Assembly: GCA_052388015.1 (NCBI GenBank)
Contig: JBQTIN010000041.1
DNA from: Sphingosinicella sp.
GTDB taxonomy: Bacteria; Pseudomonadota; Alphaproteobacteria; Sphingomonadales; Sphingomonadaceae
Strand: one strand, 5' to 3'
DNA: 64,000 nucleotides
Positions 58,833-64,000 of this stretch are shown one piece after another (position 1 is the first letter of the stretch; the number at the start of each line of letters is the position of its first letter). The notes beneath the pieces are model-generated. The model ran no database searches and was not told where the DNA came from. It saw nothing but the letters and a program-made list of their open reading frames with translations. The position numbers and the translations under genes are program-made.

Positions 58833-58885
58833 GGCAACCGAACCGCCGATCAGTCATTGTTGGGGCGCAAGAAGGGAGAAGGATC

Positions 58886-59260
58886 ATGCTGTCATCCCGA
58901 TCCGCCACGACGCTCGCCTTGTTCGCGATTGCCGGCTGCGGCGACGTTACCCCGCAAGGCGACAACAAGGTCGCCGTCCCCGGCCCGCAGGCGACCCAGA
59001 ACCGGCTCGAAGCGTTGAGCGAAGGCGAGCGCAACGCCGTCTTCATCCGCGCCATCCGCGATGCGAGGCTGCCGTGTCAGCATGTCGAATCGTCGGCCCG
59101 CGCCGGCGAGCACCAGGGGCTGCCGCTGTGGACCGCGCGGTGCGACAACGGCGTCACCTGGACGATCGTGCTCGGCAATGACGGGTCGGCCGCGGTGCTG
59201 AACCCGGCCGAGGCGGCGCAACTGGGCGGCAACAGCGCCGCGCCCGGCAACCGTCAATGA
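58886..59260 (+). CDS. Hypothetical lipoprotein
   Basis: IAGC lipobox; RAIRD..C..W.A.C motif. Confidence 0.75.
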   Translation: MLSSRSATTLALFAIAGCGDVTPQGDNKVAVPGPQATQNRLEALSEGERNAVFIRAIRDARLPCQHVESSARAGEHQGLPLWTARCDNGVTWTIVLGNDGSAAVLNPAEAAQLGGNSAAPGNRQ

Positions 59261-59664
59261 ACTCAGGCCTTCTGCTCGCGGTTGCTGTCGCCGGCTGCGT
59301 CGCCGTCGCCGGCTGCGAATCCGGCGAACAGCCGGCCAACCGGGCCCAGATCAAGGTTGCCAACCCGATGCACGAAGGGCTGTTGAAGCTCACCAGCCTC
59401 AACCAGCGGCTCGCGCTGATGCGGGCGATCCGCGACAATGGCCGCCGTTGCACGCGGGTCGACGGCGCCCGCTACCAGGAAGATTATCGCGGCATGGTGA
59501 TGTGGGTCGCCTTGTGCGAGGACGGCCGTCACTGGGCGGTCTTCATCGCCCCCAATGGCGACACGCAGGTGCGCGCCTGCGCCGACATGCACCAGCTCAA
59601 CCTGCCGCAATGCCGCCCGGTGACGCCCGCGCCGCCGGAGGAGAACAACGTCAACAATCTCTAG
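59257..59664 (+). CDS. Hypothetical lipoprotein, paralog of the upstream gene
   Basis: VAGC lipobox; RAIRD..C..W.A.C; ATGA coupling. Confidence 0.75.
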   Translation: MNSGLLLAVAVAGCVAVAGCESGEQPANRAQIKVANPMHEGLLKLTSLNQRLALMRAIRDNGRRCTRVDGARYQEDYRGMVMWVALCEDGRHWAVFIAPNGDTQVRACADMHQLNLPQCRPVTPAPPEENNVNNL

Positions 59665-59688
59665 GGCGGCTTTCGCGGCTTCCTAACT

Positions 59689-59744
59689 CCCGTTCGTGTC
59701 GAGCGAAGTCGAGACACGCTTCTCGACGTCGATCGAAGCGAACG
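59689..59744. repeat. REP-like element (CCGTTCGTGTCGAGCGAAGTCGAGACAC family)
   Basis: Imperfect palindrome; 33 bp identical to the inverted copy at 60587-60619. Confidence 0.85.
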
Positions 59745-59777
59745 TCGGCTCCTGCCTGCGTCCGGTGAGACTTGGGT

Positions 59778-60173
59778 TCAGCGGCGTACTTCGTGTTCCA
59801 GCCTAGCTGAAAAATCGCGGCGGAAGTCAAGCTGGCCGAATCTGCCAGTGCATGCCCGTGATGGCGAATAGGCGCCGCCACCATACCATAGCTGGATCTC
59901 GCCGTTGATTTCGGACGTGACGAACGGTGTCCAGTCCTCAGTTGGCGGCGCGCCCTCGTCGCGCGCCTCACCGCAAAGGTGAAGATGATCGCGCCCGTCC
60001 GTTCCGGTTGAGCGCATGAAATGAACCCTGCGCACTCGCGTAGCTGGCGGATAGCGAACCTGCGAGCGCAATTCGGCAGCGGCGTGTTCCAGCAGCCGAG
60101 CCTCGAGCGCCGTAGCCGGTTCAGGGGCAGCAGCCTGAAGGAAAAGCATGAGTGCCAATAAGCTAATCGACAT
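59778..60173 (-). CDS. Orphan secreted protein
   Basis: GGAGA RBS, signal peptide, two Cys, atypical codon usage. Confidence 0.6.
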   Translation of the reverse strand: MSISLLALMLFLQAAAPEPATALEARLLEHAAAELRSQVRYPPATRVRRVHFMRSTGTDGRDHLHLCGEARDEGAPPTEDWTPFVTSEINGEIQLWYGGGAYSPSRACTGRFGQLDFRRDFSARLEHEVRR

Positions 60174-60545
60174 ACGATTTCTCCGGATTACGGCGACTGT
60201 CTAAATTCCCAAACGCGCTGTGCCCCCCATTTTCCTACATGTACCTGATCCGTCATAATGTCGCCGCGCCCGAGTCGGCGCGCGGCTCTTTCACCTCGTC
60301 AACACCTCCGCGCCTCCGCGCGCGCATTGGGTGATTCCGACAGCCGCGGCGAGCGCCTGAAAAATCCCCATGGCCACCGCGAACATTGGGAACATTCGCG
60401 GCCCGTGGTGGGGACAGTCCCGCCGAGACTGTCCCTTTCGGCGCTGTCGGATTTGTCAGGTTTACCGTTCGCGGCGCACGATATGACGGCCAGGCCGATC
60501 GGCTCGTTGTGACTTTTCCGTCACTTTTGAACCGCGCCCCCAAAC

Positions 60546-60620
60546 CCGTTTGCTTCGAGCGAAGTCGAGAAGCGCCCCCTCGGTGCAAGCGTGTCTCGAC
60601 TTCGCTCGACACGAACGGGG
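60546..60620. repeat. REP-like doublet of the same family
   Basis: CCGTTTGCTTCGAGCGAAGTCGAGAAGC...GTGTCTCGACTTCGCTCGACACGAACGG. Confidence 0.85.
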
Positions 60621-60659
60621 AGTAGGGATGGAACGGACCGATCGGCGACCGCGCCTCGC

Positions 60660-61253
60660 TCAGCAGTTCGCATATTTCCAGTGGCGGCGCTTGCCTTCGG
60701 CGAGCCATTCGACGCTCTGGGCGAGGCGTTTGCCGCGCGTTGCGTCGCTTTTCGCCTCGGTGACCCATTCGACATATTCGCGCTGCGCGCTGGGCGGGAA
60801 GCCGTCGAATGTCGCCCTGGCCGCCGAATTGGCGCCGATCGCAGCCTGCATGTCCTGCGGCACGGTGAAAGGCGCCTTCTTCGCTGTCGCGCGCGGCGGC
60901 TTGGCGCCGGAATCGATCAGCGCCATCGAATCGCGGGTCAGCGCGATCAGCCGGTCGCGGTCGGGCAGATCGTCGAGCGAGGTCAGCCGGCCGAACTGGC
61001 CCATCGCCGATCGGTTCTTCTCCTCCTGCTGGAGCATGGAATCGTTCCAGTAGCCGAAGGTCGCGTGCGCCTTGAACGCGGCGAAACCGGCTAGGATCTT
61101 CCCCTGGTAGAGGAAGCTTGGCATGCTCCACTTCAGGGTTTCTTCGCAATCGGGGCAGGCTTCGTGGAGCATGTCGCGCAAATGGGTCAGGATCGGCCGC
61201 GCGAAATCGGCCTGCTTGGCGATATAAGCGTCCACTCTGGGATCGGTTTTCAT
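60660..61253 (-). CDS. YdeI/OmpD-associated family protein
   Basis: DPRVDAYI, EETLKWSMP, EYVEWVTEAK..TR.KR. Confidence 0.9.
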   Translation of the reverse strand: MKTDPRVDAYIAKQADFARPILTHLRDMLHEACPDCEETLKWSMPSFLYQGKILAGFAAFKAHATFGYWNDSMLQQEEKNRSAMGQFGRLTSLDDLPDRDRLIALTRDSMALIDSGAKPPRATAKKAPFTVPQDMQAAIGANSAARATFDGFPPSAQREYVEWVTEAKSDATRGKRLAQSVEWLAEGKRRHWKYANC

Positions 61254-61300
61254 GTGGCCCCTCCCTCAGCGGCGGAGAGAATTGCGCGTTCGGCCTAGAC

Positions 61301-62209
61301 TCACAAGGGCTCGGTCACCCGGGCTCGACGGGCGGCGCGCCAGCCGTCGATCGCGACCAGCGCCAGCGCCGTCCAGATCGCTCCGAAGCAGATCAGATGG
61401 GCGGTCGTCAGCGGCTCACCATAAAAGACGCCGATCAGGAACTGTAGCGTCGGCGCGATATATTGGAGAAAGCCGAGGGTCGAATAAGGCAGCCGCCGCG
61501 CCGCGCCGGTGAAGAGCAGCAACGGGACCGAAGTGATCACGCCGCCGAGGGCGACCAGCGTCGTTATCGCCGGCCCATGAGCGGTGAAGCCGGCCGTTCC
61601 CGACGCCTGCATCGCCGCAATCCAGCCGAGCGCGAGCGGCGCCATCAGCGCTGTTTCTACCGTCAGCCCCTCAAGCGCGCCGGCCGGCGCGATCTTCCTC
61701 AGGAAACCGTAGAGCGCGAAGCTGGCGGCCAGCGACAGGCTGATCCAAAGGCCGGTGCCGGCGCCCGCGCCGAAGGCCAGCACGGCGACGCCGACGGCGG
61801 CGAGCGCCGTCGCGGCGATCTGCGCCCGGCTCAGCCTTTCCTTCAGCAGAAGGACGCCGAGCAGGATGTTGACCAGCGGGTTGAGATAATAGCCCAAGCT
61901 GGCGGCGACGACGTGGCCGTGGGTCGCGGCCCAGGTGAAGACCAGCCAGTTGACCCCGATCAGCAATGCGGTGGCGATCAGGATCGCCAGCGAACGTCGT
62001 TCCAGCGCCGCCCGCACCGCCTTCCAGCCGCGCCGCAAGGCGATCAAGGCGGTGAGGAACAGCAGCGACCATACCACGCGGTGCGCGACGATCTCGGCCG
62101 CCGGCACCTGGGCGATCAGGCGGAAATAGAGGGGCATCAGACCCCAGATGAGATAGGCCCCGATGCCGAGCAGCAGCCCGGCGCGGGTCCGGGCCTGCGC
62201 GTCGGACAT
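61301..62209 (-). CDS. rarD: EamA-family transporter RarD
   Basis: WGLMPLYF, AHRVVWS, SLGYYLNPL, QYIAPT. Confidence 0.93.
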   Translation of the reverse strand: MSDAQARTRAGLLLGIGAYLIWGLMPLYFRLIAQVPAAEIVAHRVVWSLLFLTALIALRRGWKAVRAALERRSLAILIATALLIGVNWLVFTWAATHGHVVAASLGYYLNPLVNILLGVLLLKERLSRAQIAATALAAVGVAVLAFGAGAGTGLWISLSLAASFALYGFLRKIAPAGALEGLTVETALMAPLALGWIAAMQASGTAGFTAHGPAITTLVALGGVITSVPLLLFTGAARRLPYSTLGFLQYIAPTLQFLIGVFYGEPLTTAHLICFGAIWTALALVAIDGWRAARRARVTEPL

Positions 62210-62232
62210 GCCGCGTCCCTAGCTGCGGCTAT

Positions 62233-62252
62233 TGTATTATTGCAATAATACA
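62233..62252. promoter_or_regulatory. Perfect 20-bp palindromic operator (GntR/YtrA-like)
   Basis: TGTATTATTGCAATAATACA. Confidence 0.7.
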
Positions 62253-62283
62253 GCTAGATCGAAAACGCGAAGGAGGAGCTCCG

Positions 62284-62802
62284 ATGCGCCGCGCCATTTT
62301 CATTTCCGTCGCCCTCGTCCTGCTCGTCGGCTGCGAGATGCGGATCGGCAATCATGCCGGCCCGGTGGCGGACAATGCCAGCGCCGCCGGCCGCGCCGAA
62401 AACGGGCAGTTTACCGTCGAGGCGCCGGGGTTCAATCTTTCGGTCACCATCCCGGAGGGCATGAACGAGCGTGCCAATGTCGATGATGACAACGGCCTCG
62501 TCTATCCCGGCTCGGCTGTCGCGGGCGTGCATGTCCAGGGCCGGCGCGGGCAAAGCGGCGGGCATGACAGCGGCGAGGTCGAGCTGCGGCTGACCAGCGC
62601 CGACGCGCCCGACCGCGTCGCCGCCTGGTATCGCGACCCGGCCCGGGCGGAGAATTTTACCGTGGCTTCGGCCACGCGCGACGGCGAGGCGACGGTAATC
62701 GCCGGCACCGGGCGCCGCGACAATGAGCGCTTCACCCTGAGGATCGCGCCCCGCGCCGGCGGCGGATCGGACATGCGGCTGCTGCTCGCCGACGGCGGCT
62801 GA
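62284..62802 (+). CDS. Hypothetical lipoprotein
   Basis: AGGAGG RBS, LVGC lipobox, VYPGS and VAAWYR motifs. Confidence 0.8.
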   Translation: MRRAIFISVALVLLVGCEMRIGNHAGPVADNASAAGRAENGQFTVEAPGFNLSVTIPEGMNERANVDDDNGLVYPGSAVAGVHVQGRRGQSGGHDSGEVELRLTSADAPDRVAAWYRDPARAENFTVASATRDGEATVIAGTGRRDNERFTLRIAPRAGGGSDMRLLLADGG

Positions 62803-63191
62803 TGGCCCAGCCGCTGGCCGACCCGACGGAAGTCCGCGCCCATCTCGTCGCCGCCGCCAGGGCGGGCGTCGCCTTGAGCTACGGCGAGCTGCTCGAAAGG
62901 CTCGGCTATCATTTCAGCCGCCCGAAGATGCGCGCGCTCTGCGCGATGCTGGGCGAAATCGACCGCGAGGCGGTGACGCGCGGCGAGCCGGAGCTGGCGG
63001 TGCTCGTGGTTCGCGCCAGCGACGGGCTGCCGGGGCAGGGATGGTGGGTCAGTGGCGGCGCGCGGGATCATGATTATGCCGGGCCATGGGAAGGCCCGGA
63101 CGCAGCGGCCCTGATCCGCTCCGTCCAGGCGGAAGTCTTCGCCTTCTGGCAGTCCGAAAGCGGGACAGGCCGGCGCGCAGGCGCGCGTTAA
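62802..63191 (+). CDS. Conserved hypothetical protein
   Basis: SYGEL..PELAVLVVR.SDGLPGQGWW; TGATG coupling. Confidence 0.75.
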   Translation: MAQPLADPTEVRAHLVAAARAGVALSYGELLERLGYHFSRPKMRALCAMLGEIDREAVTRGEPELAVLVVRASDGLPGQGWWVSGGARDHDYAGPWEGPDAAALIRSVQAEVFAFWQSESGTGRRAGAR

Positions 63192-63240
63192 CCATATCCG
63201 CTCACCCATTTTCCTTGGCTCTGCGGCATAAGCCGCGGCG

Positions 63241-63849
63241 ATGCGACGCCGTGCCGCCTCTTTCACGCTCGCCCTTGCCGGGCTGCTCGCGCTCGCCGCT
63301 TGCGCGGGCGGGGCGGAGAACAACCTCGCCGCGCTCGACAATGAGCTGATGGCGAACGGCGTCGATCCGGCGCTGACCAGCGCGCTCGAGGACCAGATCC
63401 TCGTCGATCCCGACCTCGTCCAGCAGAACCAGCCGAACAGCGCCCGCCCCGCCGAGGCGCCGGTCCAGGCGCAATATCCGAACGGGGCCGAGCCGGCGCG
63501 GCTGGGCGCGTCGCGCTGCGGACCGGATTTCGCGCGCGGGCCGGAATGGGCGCGCCGCCTGCCGCGCGAGTTCCCGGTCTATCCGGGCGGTCAGGTCAGC
63601 GAAGCGGCGGGCGTCGACGCCGGATCGTGCCAGATGCGCGTCGTCGCCTTCACCACATCCGATCCCTTCGCCCGGGTGCTCGAATATTATCGCAGCCATG
63701 CCGATCGCGCCGGCTTCTCCGCCGAGCAGCAGCGGCGCGGCGACGCCCATGTCCTCGGCGGCGTGCGCGGCGATGCGGCTTATTATCTCATCGTCACGCC
63801 GCTGGAGCGCGGCGCCGACGTGGCGCTGATCGTCAACCGCGGCGCCTGA
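63241..63849 (+). CDS. Hypothetical lipoprotein
   Basis: LAAC lipobox; DPAL..ALEDQILVDP, VYPG, VLEYYR. Confidence 0.78.
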   Translation: MRRRAASFTLALAGLLALAACAGGAENNLAALDNELMANGVDPALTSALEDQILVDPDLVQQNQPNSARPAEAPVQAQYPNGAEPARLGASRCGPDFARGPEWARRLPREFPVYPGGQVSEAAGVDAGSCQMRVVAFTTSDPFARVLEYYRSHADRAGFSAEQQRRGDAHVLGGVRGDAAYYLIVTPLERGADVALIVNRGA

Positions 63850-63894
63850 CGCCCGCGGCTGGCGCGGCGCGCGGCGCGGGGTTACAGCGCGCCG

Positions 63895-64000
63895 GTGCCC
63901 AATCTTCTCCTTGTCATGCTCGGCGGCGCGCTCGGCGCCGGTGCGCGCCATCTGGCCGGCATGGGCGCGTTGCGCTGGCTGGGCTCCGGCTTTCCCTGGC
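63895..64000 (+). CDS. crcB: Fluoride channel CrcB/FluC (5' part only)
   Basis: Manual translation MPNLLLVMLGGALGAGARH...GFPW. Confidence 0.85.
   Translation, partial: MPNLLLVMLGGALGAGARHLAGMGALRWLGSGFPW

Noticed and set aside
60229-60400. LexA box (GTTC-N7-GTTC) in TTTTCCTACATGTACC or GAACATTGGGAAC
   Set aside because: Half-site spacing does not fit N7.
59689-60620. CRISPR array
   Set aside because: Repeats are few, inverted and irregularly spaced, and there are no cas genes; they fit REP elements.

Overview
High-GC alphaproteobacterial chromosome segment. Gene content, gene order and repeat families point to Sphingomonadaceae (inference). It is mostly core or housekeeping sequence: a PepSY/response regulator/kinase module, ispB, hrpB, msrA, bdhA, a TonB-dependent receptor, the dciA-dsbA-dsbA-smc cluster, mutY, nudC, serC-serA, cytochrome c, tRNA-Thr(GGT), ltaE, pepN, an MlaEFD-type ABC system, a MetB-family enzyme, the lgt-methyltransferase-GNAT-GNAT-pgeF cluster, an acyl-CoA ligase, rarD and a partial crcB. 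I saw no prophage, integrase, IS transposase or CRISPR array. The most interesting signals are non-coding. (1) A ~450-nt region (38866-39313) folds by eye into a multi-hairpin RNA closed by a 5'-3' helix. It has tandem DnaA boxes upstream, ends in a terminator, and lacks the RNase P, tmRNA and SRP signatures. (2) A second Fur-like box, an anti-Shine-Dalgarno motif and a terminator downstream of the TonB receptor suggest an iron-regulated sRNA. (3) A SAM-SAH-like riboswitch variant precedes the MetB-family gene. (4) A SahR-like operator sits on an EamA transporter. (5) A TGTATTA-N6-TAATACA operator is shared by two distant genes. (6) An orphan gene is flanked by 33-bp inverted REP copies. All RNA structures were paired by eye and no computation or database search was run.
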